Below, in pieces: positions 1 through 9,099 of a DNA stretch of 20,000 bases. Source of the stretch: an uncultured virus (IMG/VR IMGVR_UViG_3300025009_000081) (lineage: Duplodnaviria; Heunggongvirae; Uroviricota; Caudoviricetes). The translations under genes were made by a program, and so were the position numbers. The notes under the pieces are model-generated. The model saw only the letters and a list, made by a program, of their open reading frames with translations, had not been told where the DNA came from and made no database searches. The stretch's first letter is position 1, and every line of letters starts with the position of its first letter. The stretch lies in the IMG/VR virus record IMGVR_UViG_3300025009_000081; one strand, given 5' to 3'.

Positions 1-93
1 GCAGGAAAAGAGCCTGAAGTAAAGTATGACTCCGCAAGAGAGGCTTACATTGCCAAATTACAAACTGAATGGAACACATCAAAGGAGAACTAA
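1..93 (+). CDS. 3' end of probable prohead protease/scaffold (DUF2213-like), partial
   Basis: Frame 1 open from base 1 to TAA at 91-93 (AGKEPEVKYDSAREAYIAKLQTEWNTSKEN). Amphipathic helical tail and position before the cement and capsid genes fit a scaffold C-terminus. Confidence 0.55.
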   Translation, partial: AGKEPEVKYDSAREAYIAKLQTEWNTSKEN

Positions 94-96
94 ACC

Positions 97-819
97 ATGA
101 CCGCTTATAACAATATAGATTCTGCAATTGCAGGACTAAAATCAGGATTGGGTGACAGCAAGGTTTCCTCATGCGTAGCTGGTGAAGCAATCGCTTTTGG
201 AAGACCTGTGTTTGCCTATGACAACGATGTAGAAAAAGTCTACAACTTTAAACTGGATGTCTCTACTAATCTGTACAGTGCAGACTTCTCCAGTTCAAAC
301 GTAATCGCACTTTCCGTAAATGGAGTAGCAATTACCCCAATCACTTATGCAACTGATCATGCAACTACCTTAGCTGCTCTTGTAGCTGCTGTTGATGCAC
401 TGGCTGGTGTAGAGTGTATCTCTTCCGCTGAAAAAACTCTGCTTATCAGAACCAAAGGTGCTGATTGTGTAGTTGTGACCTCGGTCTCTGGTGGATCTGC
501 TGTAACAGTAACCACTACTACGGGTTCGGGCTCAGTATTTGTGGGTGTATCACTGTTCACTCAGAAAGTTGGTGGCACCTATGCTATCTACGATTCTGTG
601 AATGTACTACGTGAAGGAAACATCTGGGTAACCTGTAATACTGCTGCTGAAGGCAACATGATTGCATACCTTGATATTGCTGGAGCTGATAAAGGAGCAT
701 TTACAAATGCTGCTGGTACGGACATTGGTTGCAAATTCCAGAGTAACCTGGCTGCAACTGGTTTGGCATTAATCGAAGTGAACGGTCAAGTAGCACTTGC
801 CTCCGCTGCATCATTCTAA
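97..819 (+). CDS. Capsid cement/decoration protein with an inserted ~85-aa domain
   Basis: SD AAGGAG upstream; directly precedes the capsid gene; motifs AIAFGRPV, FVGVS and VNVLREGNIWV resemble cement proteins of this phage group. Confidence 0.75.
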   Translation: MTAYNNIDSAIAGLKSGLGDSKVSSCVAGEAIAFGRPVFAYDNDVEKVYNFKLDVSTNLYSADFSSSNVIALSVNGVAITPITYATDHATTLAALVAAVDALAGVECISSAEKTLLIRTKGADCVVVTSVSGGSAVTVTTTTGSGSVFVGVSLFTQKVGGTYAIYDSVNVLREGNIWVTCNTAAEGNMIAYLDIAGADKGAFTNAAGTDIGCKFQSNLAATGLALIEVNGQVALASAASF

Positions 820-836
820 TTTAAAGGAGTAAACTA

Positions 837-1763
837 ATGAATCAAGATAATTACAATCTGGATACGAATGAGAGCGTGTTTTTCACTCGTCAGCTTGAAA
901 CCATAAAGGCTAAAAGCTACGATGTAAAACAGAAAGCTCTTAAAGCTACCTCACTAATTCCTGTTTCCTCGGACGCAGCAAGTGGTGCAGAGACAATCAC
1001 TTACAGACAGTTCACACAAGTAGGTCTGGCAAAGATCATGAGTGATTATGCCAATGACTTTCCTCGTGCAGATGCCTATGGAACCGAAACCTCTGTAAAA
1101 GTAAAGAGTATTGGTGTTTCCTACGGCTACTCAATTCAGGAAATCCGTGCCTCTCAGATGGCTGGAGCTAACCTGGATGTGAAAAGAGCACAGGCTGCCA
1201 AAAGAGCCATGGATCAGGAGTTGGAGTCAATAGCTTGGTCGGGCAACACAAACCACAACATCAGTGGTCTCATTGCTTATCCCGGTATCACTGAGTACAC
1301 AGTACCCAATGATGGTACAGGCACCACAAAAACATGGTCAACCAAAACACCTGATCAGATCGTAAGAGATCTTTCTGGTTTGGTTAATGCAGTTACTAAC
1401 ACCACCAACGGTATCGAAATACCTGACACCATTCTTATGGATCTCACTCACTGGAGTCTGATCACTAACACCAGAATGGGTGATGGTAGCAACGAAACCA
1501 TTTATTCATTCTTTTTGAAGACCAATCCTTACATCAAGCAGATTGAATGGCTGCAACAGCTAACCACTGCCGGAACAGGATCTACTTCAAGAATAATGGC
1601 CTATGCAAAAGACCCCGAACATCTGACTTTGGAAATCCCACAGCCATTTGAACAGTTTGCAGCAGATAAAAAAGGTATGGAGTTTGAAATTCCTTGCCAC
1701 ATGAGAACCGCTGGTGTTATCGTGTACTATCCGTTGTCCGTAGCTTATGGGGATGGCATTTAA
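837..1763 (+). CDS. Major capsid protein (DUF2184 family, HK97 fold)
   Basis: SD AAGGAG; 308 aa; motifs FFTRQLE, G.AKIMSDYANDFPRAD, YGYSIQEIRA, IAWSG, RTAGVIVYYP. Confidence 0.93.
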   Translation: MNQDNYNLDTNESVFFTRQLETIKAKSYDVKQKALKATSLIPVSSDAASGAETITYRQFTQVGLAKIMSDYANDFPRADAYGTETSVKVKSIGVSYGYSIQEIRASQMAGANLDVKRAQAAKRAMDQELESIAWSGNTNHNISGLIAYPGITEYTVPNDGTGTTKTWSTKTPDQIVRDLSGLVNAVTNTTNGIEIPDTILMDLTHWSLITNTRMGDGSNETIYSFFLKTNPYIKQIEWLQQLTTAGTGSTSRIMAYAKDPEHLTLEIPQPFEQFAADKKGMEFEIPCHMRTAGVIVYYPLSVAYGDGI

Positions 1764-1772
1764 GCCATCTCC
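1749..1772 (+). terminator. Stem-loop over the capsid stop codon (attenuator or mRNA stabiliser; no U-tract)
   Basis: GGGGATGGC-atttaa-GCCATCTCC: 9-bp stem with one G-U pair; the TAA is in the loop. Confidence 0.4.
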
Positions 1773-1807
1773 TCATTAAACATAACATAAAACAGGGAGC
1801 AAAAAAT

Positions 1808-2218
1808 ATGTTAGTAAGATGGAAAAACATGAATCTGAAAGTGATTCCAGAACTAGGTAAAAATGGAGCAATTATCTCCAGTATCGTTCTTGCCAATGGT
1901 ATCAACGAAGTCGATACACAGACTTGGAAAAAAGTCCGTGCATCAGTCGAAGATTCCATTGCAGCAGGGGATATTGAGGAAATTGAAGTCAAGGTTGACC
2001 TTCTGCCCAAAGCAAAAGCCACAGACAAAGACAAGTGGGGAATAATCAGTTGTGCAGAGTTCAAAGAGCTTGACCTCAAAACTGCTATCCAGATGGTAAA
2101 GGAATGTGGAAATCCTGCTACACTTGAAAAGTGGAAAGAGGATGAGTCCAGAGATAGTGTCAGGGCTGCAATTATGAACAGACAAGATACTATTAAAAAC
2201 TACAACCCAAAGAAGTAA
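1808..2218 (+). CDS. Hypothetical head-associated protein (136 aa) with helical C-terminal domain
   Basis: ATG 1808 follows GGGAG and is preferred over 1694, which overlaps the capsid gene. Lies between capsid and adaptor genes. Confidence 0.7.
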   Translation: MLVRWKNMNLKVIPELGKNGAIISSIVLANGINEVDTQTWKKVRASVEDSIAAGDIEEIEVKVDLLPKAKATDKDKWGIISCAEFKELDLKTAIQMVKECGNPATLEKWKEDESRDSVRAAIMNRQDTIKNYNPKK

Positions 2219-2221
2219 AGA

Positions 2222-2614
2222 ATGAGTTATAGTGCTGCTCAAATATTTGATTTAATAGCCCCAGAGCTTTCTACAAATGCTTCCAAAGACGCATTTTTGC
2301 AGATGGCCTCAGAAGCCGTTGATTCTAACTTGCTAGGTAATAATGCTCCCAAAGCTGTAGCATACCGAGCAGCACATGACTTAACTCTTACAGTACAACG
2401 TAGCACCGGAGAAGGTGGTACGATTTCCCAAAAGAAAGAGGGTGAACTTTCTATCGCCTACCAGAACGAAATCAAAGGCTCAGATTACTGGGACCTTACT
2501 TGGTATGGCAAAGTTTATAAAAGCACACTTGCAAGCTCTGTTTGCTTCTTCGGAGTCACCGGAGGAACGGACACGGGTTATGATGTCAGCACAGCCGACC
2601 CTGGAGGTTGGTAA
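2222..2614 (+). CDS. Head-tail adaptor (DUF4054-like)
   Basis: Motifs IAPEL, AVAYRAAHDL, ISQKKEGELSIAY, LTWYGKVY; position after the capsid gene. Confidence 0.85.
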   Translation: MSYSAAQIFDLIAPELSTNASKDAFLQMASEAVDSNLLGNNAPKAVAYRAAHDLTLTVQRSTGEGGTISQKKEGELSIAYQNEIKGSDYWDLTWYGKVYKSTLASSVCFFGVTGGTDTGYDVSTADPGGW

Positions 2615-3090
2615 TGCAAGTGCAGTTTACAGAAAAAGATTTTGGATGGGAGAACTATCTGAAAGGCACCAACAAACTTGATGGTTGCAAGACCAAAGTT
2701 GGATTCCCTGATAATGGTGACATGAACAATGATCACACAAACTTGATTGCAAATATTGCTTTCATCAATGAATACGGAATGGTTTATGCAGATCACCAGA
2801 TTCCACCAAGACCTTTTATGAGACAGACACTCCAATACCCTGATTCCCAGAACAGCACACAAGAACTGATGAAAGAAGTCAGCAATGCAGTTCGTAAAGG
2901 CACAAGTTATCCCAGAGTAGCGATGTCTAAGATAGGTGATCACTACACCGGGGAAATCAGAAAGACTATTGACAGGCAGAACTTCACAAAATTGAGTAAC
3001 ATAACTATTGCCTTGAAAGGCAGTTCTAAAATACTTGTGGACACCGGAACCATGTATGGAAGCATCAAGCATGTGGAGGTAATCCCTTGA
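2614..3090 (+). CDS. Neck/tail-completion protein (HK97 gp10-like)
   Basis: ATG 2614 overlaps the upstream TAA (TAATG) with GGAGG upstream; motifs KVGF, IAFINEYG, IPPRPFMR, TIALKGSSKILVDTG.M..SI. Confidence 0.85.
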   Translation: MQVQFTEKDFGWENYLKGTNKLDGCKTKVGFPDNGDMNNDHTNLIANIAFINEYGMVYADHQIPPRPFMRQTLQYPDSQNSTQELMKEVSNAVRKGTSYPRVAMSKIGDHYTGEIRKTIDRQNFTKLSNITIALKGSSKILVDTGTMYGSIKHVEVIP

Positions 3091-3506
3091 GTTTGTTTTT
3101 CCCCATAACCATTACTGCGATTCGTAAAGTAGGGATGCTTGTCGAAGGCGTGTGGTCATCCGTGGGTTTTCTTCTGGACACCGATTCAGAGGTTATAAAC
3201 AACACCGATGGGGAAGCACTGATTGCAGAACAAAATGCAAGTGGAGACACTTTTTACATCAGAGGCTCGGTTCAACCAATCACAGGCAAGGACATGGACA
3301 GTTTACCCATAGGCCGATCAGACATTGGCCGGGTGAAACTCTACACCAGTACAAAACTTGAGGTTGGAGTAACAGGTTCAGACAACACTGGTGATTTAAT
3401 CCAGTATGATGGCCGGGTCTGGGAAGTCATTCAAGAGTCTACTTATGCAAACGGACTCATTGCACATTACAAATACATAGCAGAGTACAGGGAGGAAGTA
3501 GCATGA
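3087..3506 (+). CDS. Head-closure (stopper) protein with an apparent ~25-aa acidic insertion
   Basis: TTG start in a TTGA overlap, SD GGAGG at 3075-3079; motifs V.G.W, GSVQP, LP.G, KLYT, GDLIQYDGRVWEV, HYKY. Confidence 0.8.
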   Translation: MSLFFPITITAIRKVGMLVEGVWSSVGFLLDTDSEVINNTDGEALIAEQNASGDTFYIRGSVQPITGKDMDSLPIGRSDIGRVKLYTSTKLEVGVTGSDNTGDLIQYDGRVWEVIQESTYANGLIAHYKYIAEYREEVA

Positions 3507-4021
3507 CCTCAGCAACTCTGTTTTCAAAAGTTTATAGTTGGGTAAACCTGAGCATTAATGCAGACCTTAGTACACCCATAGTCATTATGAAGAGTTTCCA
3601 GGACATCTCACAACCAGCACAGACATTTATTTCTATCGATCCCATAGGCAGAATATCAAGAGTGGGTATGCCTTACAAATCAGCCCTTGACAACGATGCC
3701 GAGGGAACTATTAAAAACACATACAGGACTTCCCTAAGTATTAGACAGGTTGGTGGTGTTGGAGAGTACCTGCAAAAACTAATTGACAATTATGAACTTC
3801 AATCCGTGCAAGACAATCTTTATTCTGCTGGTCTTTCCCTTTCAACTTTTGGTGACATTATTTCTATGCCCTCATTAATTGGTGCAGGAAACTGGAAACA
3901 AGAGAAGTGGGTACCTGAGTGTGTAATGGAAGTAGTTTTCCTATTTGCTTCAGAGAATACAATCACATCTAACTGGATTGAAACAGTGGATATTACAAAC
4001 AATATAAATCAAGGAGACTAA
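3503..4021 (+). CDS. Tail terminator / neck protein
   Basis: ATGA overlap, SD GGAGG; 172 aa immediately before the sheath gene; C-terminal WIETVDI strand. Confidence 0.7.
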   Translation: MTSATLFSKVYSWVNLSINADLSTPIVIMKSFQDISQPAQTFISIDPIGRISRVGMPYKSALDNDAEGTIKNTYRTSLSIRQVGGVGEYLQKLIDNYELQSVQDNLYSAGLSLSTFGDIISMPSLIGAGNWKQEKWVPECVMEVVFLFASENTITSNWIETVDITNNINQGD

Positions 4022-4022
4022 C

Positions 4023-5357
4023 ATGAGTTCAATACCTTCAAGTATTGTCGAAGTTACAATAAGCAGGAATACAACTGCTGTAACACAGGCAGGGTTTGGA
4101 ATACCGGGTATCATTTCAGAATTTGCTACCAGTGTAACAACCGTTCCTTTTGACAGATATGCTTACTATGCAAGCCTGGCTGAGATGGCTGCTGCTGGCT
4201 GGTCCACTTCAAGCAAAGAGTATCTTGCTGCATCAGCAATCTTTGCACAGAACCCACACCCTGCACAGGTGCTCATTGGCAGAAAAGCCAGTACAGACAC
4301 CAGTTGGGCAGACGCTTTCAATGCTGTTCAAGCAGCACAGGAAGATTGGTACAGCTTCAGCATTATTCCTAAAGCCCAGGGAAAAATGGTTTTCAGTGCT
4401 GATCTAAGTGCTTCAAACCAAGTGGCAGTTACTCTGAATACTTTCAGTATCACACCAGTGTCTTTTTCACTTAGCCATTTGAACACAGCTAACTTGGTTA
4501 TTACAGCTATCGAAAGTGCATTGGCTGACAGCGATGCTTCACTTGATGCAACCGATACAACTAACCGTACAATCCTTGTTGACAAGTTTGCAACGGATAT
4601 TGACATCACCACTGCAACCGTTACTGGTGGATCAGCTGTGACTATCACAAAAACAAACACCAATGACAGTGACCTCAAAGCAGCAATGGCTTGGGCAGAA
4701 ACCCAGACCAAGTTGTTCTTTGCAAGTACCAATGATGTCAATGCTTGGGATGCAGTAGCAACTTCAGATGTGGGTTACTTTGCTAAGAACGCAGCTTACA
4801 CAAGAACTGTGAACTTCTTTCACACCACAGCAAACACCTACATTGAAGAAGCCATGCAGGGTGAGGAAATGCCTTTTGACCCAGGTGAATCAACTTTCTG
4901 CTACAAAACTCTTGCTGGAATCAGTGCTGATGTACTGACCACAACCAAGATCAATGCACTGCTTGACAAAAACTACAACATCTACAATACCGTTGGTGGA
5001 GTAAATATTACCAGAGATGGTCTTGCGGCTTCAGGTGAGAACATTGACATCATCAGAAATCTGGACTACTTGAACTCACTTATCCAGACAACGATCTTTG
5101 CAAACTTCCTGAACAACAGAAAGATTCCTTATGACGATTCCGGTATTGCTTCCATCGTTGCTCTTTTACAAGGGGCATTGGCTCAAGCAGCTAGAGAAGG
5201 CATCCTTCAGGAAAGCTCAATAGTTGTGACAGCCCCGAAGTATGCTGACATTTCCAGTCTGAACAAAACAAATAGAAATTTACCTGACATCACATTTACT
5301 GCATTGCTCTTAGGTGCAATCAGAAGTGTTGAGATTTCAGGAACAGTAACGGTTTAA
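4023..5357 (+). CDS. Tail sheath protein (DUF3383-like)
   Basis: SD AAGGAG; motifs IVEVTIS, AGFG.P, AIFAQNP.P....IGR, DWY, YKTLAGI, G...SGE.IDIIR..D, KIPYDDSGI, GAI..V.I.GTV. Confidence 0.93.
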   Translation: MSSIPSSIVEVTISRNTTAVTQAGFGIPGIISEFATSVTTVPFDRYAYYASLAEMAAAGWSTSSKEYLAASAIFAQNPHPAQVLIGRKASTDTSWADAFNAVQAAQEDWYSFSIIPKAQGKMVFSADLSASNQVAVTLNTFSITPVSFSLSHLNTANLVITAIESALADSDASLDATDTTNRTILVDKFATDIDITTATVTGGSAVTITKTNTNDSDLKAAMAWAETQTKLFFASTNDVNAWDAVATSDVGYFAKNAAYTRTVNFFHTTANTYIEEAMQGEEMPFDPGESTFCYKTLAGISADVLTTTKINALLDKNYNIYNTVGGVNITRDGLAASGENIDIIRNLDYLNSLIQTTIFANFLNNRKIPYDDSGIASIVALLQGALAQAAREGILQESSIVVTAPKYADISSLNKTNRNLPDITFTALLLGAIRSVEISGTVTV

Positions 5358-5371
5358 GGAGGAGAATAACA

Positions 5372-5803
5372 ATGGCTAGTGAAGTATATACATACAGGCC
5401 CAATCAAGTATCAGTCACCTGTAATGGTGTTGCTATTACTGGGTTTGCAGAAAACTCATTTATAAAAGTCACCAGAAATGGTGATCTCTTTGAAAGCATC
5501 AAGGGAGCCGATGGTACAGTTGATAGAGTCTACAAAGCCTCTACTGACTTCACTGTTGAACTAACATTGAAGCAAACAAGTCCAGCTAACTTATTGCTTC
5601 AGGGTTATGTAACTCTGGATGCTGCAAGCAATGCTGGTATCTTTGTTTTTAATGTAACAGACTCTTCTGGCAACTCTACTTTCACTGCTCCTCAAGCATG
5701 GGTCTCAAAAGATCCCGATGAAGAGTATGGAAATGGTGTGGGTGACAGAACCTGGACTATGAAAACAGGCAATGGGTGCATCAAAGTTACTGGTGGAAAC
5801 TAA
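5372..5803 (+). CDS. Tail tube protein (DUF3277-like)
   Basis: SD AGGAGG; motifs TY.P..V, ITGFA..SFI, GADG, LTLKQTSPAN..L, AWV.K.P..EYG, RTW. Confidence 0.92.
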   Translation: MASEVYTYRPNQVSVTCNGVAITGFAENSFIKVTRNGDLFESIKGADGTVDRVYKASTDFTVELTLKQTSPANLLLQGYVTLDAASNAGIFVFNVTDSSGNSTFTAPQAWVSKDPDEEYGNGVGDRTWTMKTGNGCIKVTGGN

Positions 5804-5829
5804 GTAATCATCAACAGGGGTAAGCAAAA

Positions 5830-6321
5830 ATGATACAACCAACAGATGTTGTAATAGACAATCTAAAATTCCAAATCTCAATGCTGGATGTGCTGGAAGC
5901 CATAGTTCTGGACAAAAGAGTCACAGAACTGGTCCTCCCAGTTATGTCTGCATTGTTACAGGGCAAGGAAGGGGAAGTTTCCCCGGAAGCCAGAGTAAAT
6001 GACCCAGAGAGCATGGCTAGACTCATGGATGGGATCCTAAATGCTCTTATGAAACTTGACAGTTCTTTTATGACCGAACTAACCCAGAAGCTCCTGAGAT
6101 GTGTGGTGACATTCATTGATGGCAAGGGTAATGTTCAGCTCACAGAAAGGAATGACATAAATACTGTATTTGCAGGTAAATTTCTGACTCTCTACAAGTT
6201 ATTGTTGAAAGTCATGGAGGTGAATAAATTCACCCCTTTCGCACTACTGGCTTCTGGATTCGTAATGCCAGGAACCAGTACCTTGCAAGGGGGCATGGAA
6301 AGCAAGCCAAAGATGAAGTAG
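5830..6321 (+). CDS. Tail assembly chaperone (lambda gpG analogue)
   Basis: Between tube and tape measure genes; helical; motif VFAGK...LYKL...V.EVNKF followed by a slippery site. Confidence 0.85.
   Translation: MIQPTDVVIDNLKFQISMLDVLEAIVLDKRVTELVLPVMSALLQGKEGEVSPEARVNDPESMARLMDGILNALMKLDSSFMTELTQKLLRCVVTFIDGKGNVQLTERNDINTVFAGKFLTLYKLLLKVMEVNKFTPFALLASGFVMPGTSTLQGGMESKPKMK
6216..6280 (+). promoter_or_regulatory. Programmed -1 ribosomal frameshift signal
   Basis: SD-like GGAGGTGA at 6216-6223, in-frame heptamer C CCT TTC at 6234-6240, hairpin at 6245-6280; the -1 frame is open 6228-6527. Confidence 0.8.
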
Positions 6322-6527
6322 GTGTAGGTAAAGTGGGGGATCTTTCCCCCATCATAGAAGATGAGTGGCCTTTTTGGAGGATTGTCATAGATGGCAAAAG
6401 GGATATATCAGAGGTGAGACAAATGGATTTAGAAGAAATCGACAAATACAACTCAATACTGACTATGCGTTCTGACTATGACACCGCTTTCCACAACTAT
6501 TACGAAAAAACAGCGGAGGCTAAGTAA
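6240..6527 (+). CDS. -1 frame extension of the tail chaperone (gpT analogue); predicted fusion about 232 aa
   Basis: Contains track ORF 6333..6527 (WPFWRIV...EVRQMDLEEIDKYNSIL); its frame stays open back to the slippery site and its stop overlaps the tape measure ATG. Confidence 0.75.
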   Translation, partial: RTTGFWIRNARNQYLARGHGKQAKDEVGVGKVGDLSPIIEDEWPFWRIVIDGKRDISEVRQMDLEEIDKYNSILTMRSDYDTAFHNYYEKTAEAK

Positions 6528-8392
6528 TGGCTTCATCTGAAGTAGTAAAAGAACTCGTTACCGTCCTTGGCTTCAAGGTTGACAAAAATGGGATTATCCA
6601 GGCCAGAAGCAGCGTAAACAGTTTCAAATCTTTTGCTATGAAAGCCTTTGCTGCTATAGGGGCTATACAGCTCGGTAGAGGGGCTTTCCAACTAACCTCA
6701 GACATAGACAATGCCAAAGCCTCGATGACGGCTCTGACGGGCAGTGGTGAGAAAACAGCAGAGATGATGACACAGCTCAGAGCTATGTCAGAACAACTCA
6801 GACCCTCGTGGACACAGTTCTCAGATGCAGCCAAGCAATTACTTGTCTATGGTGTGAGTGCTGAGAAGGTTGTGGAGATCACAAGACAACTGACTGATGT
6901 CAGCGGTGGAAGCAATGTCATGTTCAGCAGACTTGCTTATGCACTGGGACAGATCAACAGTGCTGGTATTCTCCGTGGACAGGATCTAAGACAACTTACT
7001 GAAGCCGGATTTAATCCACTTGAAACCATGGCAAAGGCTACAGGCAAGACTTCTGAATACTACAGAGAACTGATGAAGAAAAGTATGATTAGTTCTGCTG
7101 CTGTATTCAAAGCACTCCAGATAGAGACAAGTGCTGGTGGAAGGTTCTTTGGAGTTGCTGACAAGCAAGCCAAGACTCTGGGTGGTAGTATTGATGTACT
7201 TAGAAACAACCTGAAGAACATGAGTTATGACCTAATGAACATAGTGTCACCAAGTATTATCAGAATTGCCAACAGAATGAAAGAATGGGCAAAGACTTCT
7301 TTACTACCATGGATGAAAGCACACAAGGCAGAAATTAAGAAAATTGGAGATGACTTGTTTGGTATCTTGGAGAAACTAGGTCCGGCAATTTTGACTACTT
7401 TCAAATTACTGGGTCCTTTGCTTTTTCTTATGATAAACAACCTCCCAATAGTTATAAGTTTATGGATGGGTCTAAAAGCACTTGAATTGGTGAAATTTTT
7501 TATCTCTTTTGGTGTGGAGGCTATTATCCTGTCCAATAGTTTAAAAGGGCTAATTGCTGTAGTCTTCCCTGCTTTAGTTTCTTCCTTAGAAAGCATCTAT
7601 CTTGCTTTTCTTTATATAAAACAGGGAGAGTTTGCTGTTGTATTTGTGAACATGGCTAAAGGTATTGTTTTCCTAAAAAAGGCTTTTCTTGCATGGGCCC
7701 CAGTTGTACTACTTGGTGCTTTTGCCCTGATGACATTGTACTATTGGTGGACAATGTGGGATAGAATACAGAACCAAAGTAAGTACCAAGAAAACCTACG
7801 AGAAAGTGCAAAGGCTGTAAAAGAACTTACAGATTTAGAGATAGCACGATCAAAACTTTTCAAGACCATGAATCAACCCGGTGGAGCACTGAATGGTGGT
7901 GTGGATTACTTGCAGGAAAAAAGTCAACTGAAAAAATTAGATGATCAGATACATGAGGCCAAATTAAGAAAGCAGAATATGGACATACTTCTGGGTGAGA
8001 GTATGCAGCAGCCTTTCTTAGAGTCCACTGTTTTAGGTGGAGCCAATGATTATGTAAACAAGATGACTTTTGGGTTTGTTGATATAGCTAAGTCACTGGA
8101 TAATATGAAGACAAACAGAGCCAATCAGTACACCAGTTATCCCAATGGTGGATTTGACCCCAACAATGCACCCTTTGATCCCAGAACAAATGCACCTCTA
8201 CAAACACCCTTTAGGGACAGAACCCTTCCCGGAGTAGGTCCTACACTAAATCAGGCAACAACAATTAATGTGACAGCTAATGGCTTAACTCCTAAAGATT
8301 TTGAGAAGACCGTAGCTGACACGGTGAAAACAACAGTTATTAGCCAACACAGAGCGATGTGGGGAAAAGTAATTGGGGAGGCTAATCAATAA
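6527..8392 (+). CDS. Tape measure protein (621 aa)
   Basis: N-terminal ELVTVLGFKVD; tape-measure domain (LAYALGQI.SAG.LRGQDLRQLTEAG); hydrophobic central segments; TAATG coupling at both ends. Confidence 0.92.
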   Translation: MASSEVVKELVTVLGFKVDKNGIIQARSSVNSFKSFAMKAFAAIGAIQLGRGAFQLTSDIDNAKASMTALTGSGEKTAEMMTQLRAMSEQLRPSWTQFSDAAKQLLVYGVSAEKVVEITRQLTDVSGGSNVMFSRLAYALGQINSAGILRGQDLRQLTEAGFNPLETMAKATGKTSEYYRELMKKSMISSAAVFKALQIETSAGGRFFGVADKQAKTLGGSIDVLRNNLKNMSYDLMNIVSPSIIRIANRMKEWAKTSLLPWMKAHKAEIKKIGDDLFGILEKLGPAILTTFKLLGPLLFLMINNLPIVISLWMGLKALELVKFFISFGVEAIILSNSLKGLIAVVFPALVSSLESIYLAFLYIKQGEFAVVFVNMAKGIVFLKKAFLAWAPVVLLGAFALMTLYYWWTMWDRIQNQSKYQENLRESAKAVKELTDLEIARSKLFKTMNQPGGALNGGVDYLQEKSQLKKLDDQIHEAKLRKQNMDILLGESMQQPFLESTVLGGANDYVNKMTFGFVDIAKSLDNMKTNRANQYTSYPNGGFDPNNAPFDPRTNAPLQTPFRDRTLPGVGPTLNQATTINVTANGLTPKDFEKTVADTVKTTVISQHRAMWGKVIGEANQ

Positions 8393-9099
8393 TGCCAGGT
8401 TTAGTTTCAGGACTCTTAACACTTGCTCAAGGCGTACAGAACATACACCTTTTGTTTCCCGACACCTACAGTGTGGGAGCAATAAAGTTTGACCTTATTC
8501 TTGCGGAGTCTCACAGCTTTGAGAACAGTGTAACCTCACATGCACTCCAAGATGGAACGGTAATCTCAGATCACATCTACAACAAATTACAGACTGGCAC
8601 ATTAAAAGGTATGGTTTCCAACTACAGTATCATTAAAAACTTTGGGATACTAACTGGTGTGTTCAACGAAACCTCTCTGATGTCATTGAGCAATCCTTTT
8701 GGCATACCTAATAAAATGAAAAATACCTATGATGCTTTCAAGAAGCTCTGGCAGTCCAGAGAGCTTGTTACCATAGTCACTATGTTGCAGTCCTACACCG
8801 ATGTAGCCATTACTTCCATCAATATAGATAGGGATGGAGACAGTGGACACTCACAGACCTTTGAGGTGAGTTTCCAACAGATCAAGAAAGTGGTGTTCCA
8901 GAAAGACCTGTCACAGTTTGTGGGTCCCAATGTACCCAACACCACACTAACAGATGTGCAGAAGCAAGCAGCTACAAAAGCAGCAGTTGCAAAGACAGCA
9001 GTTGCAGAAAAAGTAACAGTGGACTGGGCAACTGCTACTAATGGTAACACAGTAGATACTCCAGTGGTTGAAACAAGTAATAGAAATTGGTGGGAATAA
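8392..9099 (+). CDS. Baseplate organisation / tube initiator protein (Dit-like N-terminal domain)
   Basis: Motifs FD....ESH.....VTSH..Q.G..ISDHI, L.G.VSN, LVTIVT....Y....ITS, F..SFQQI; follows the tape measure gene. Confidence 0.8.
   Translation: MPGLVSGLLTLAQGVQNIHLLFPDTYSVGAIKFDLILAESHSFENSVTSHALQDGTVISDHIYNKLQTGTLKGMVSNYSIIKNFGILTGVFNETSLMSLSNPFGIPNKMKNTYDAFKKLWQSRELVTIVTMLQSYTDVAITSINIDRDGDSGHSQTFEVSFQQIKKVVFQKDLSQFVGPNVPNTTLTDVQKQAATKAAVAKTAVAEKVTVDWATATNGNTVDTPVVETSNRNWWE

Noticed and set aside
837..1763. Encapsulin nanocompartment (DUF2184 proteins are sometimes labelled encapsulin-like)
   Set aside because: Embedded in a full head-neck-tail operon with no cargo gene; it is a phage capsid protein.
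8981..9006. Direct repeat CAGCAGTTGCA x2
   Set aside because: Small in-frame duplication in a low-complexity Ala/Lys/Thr linker; no sign of a function.
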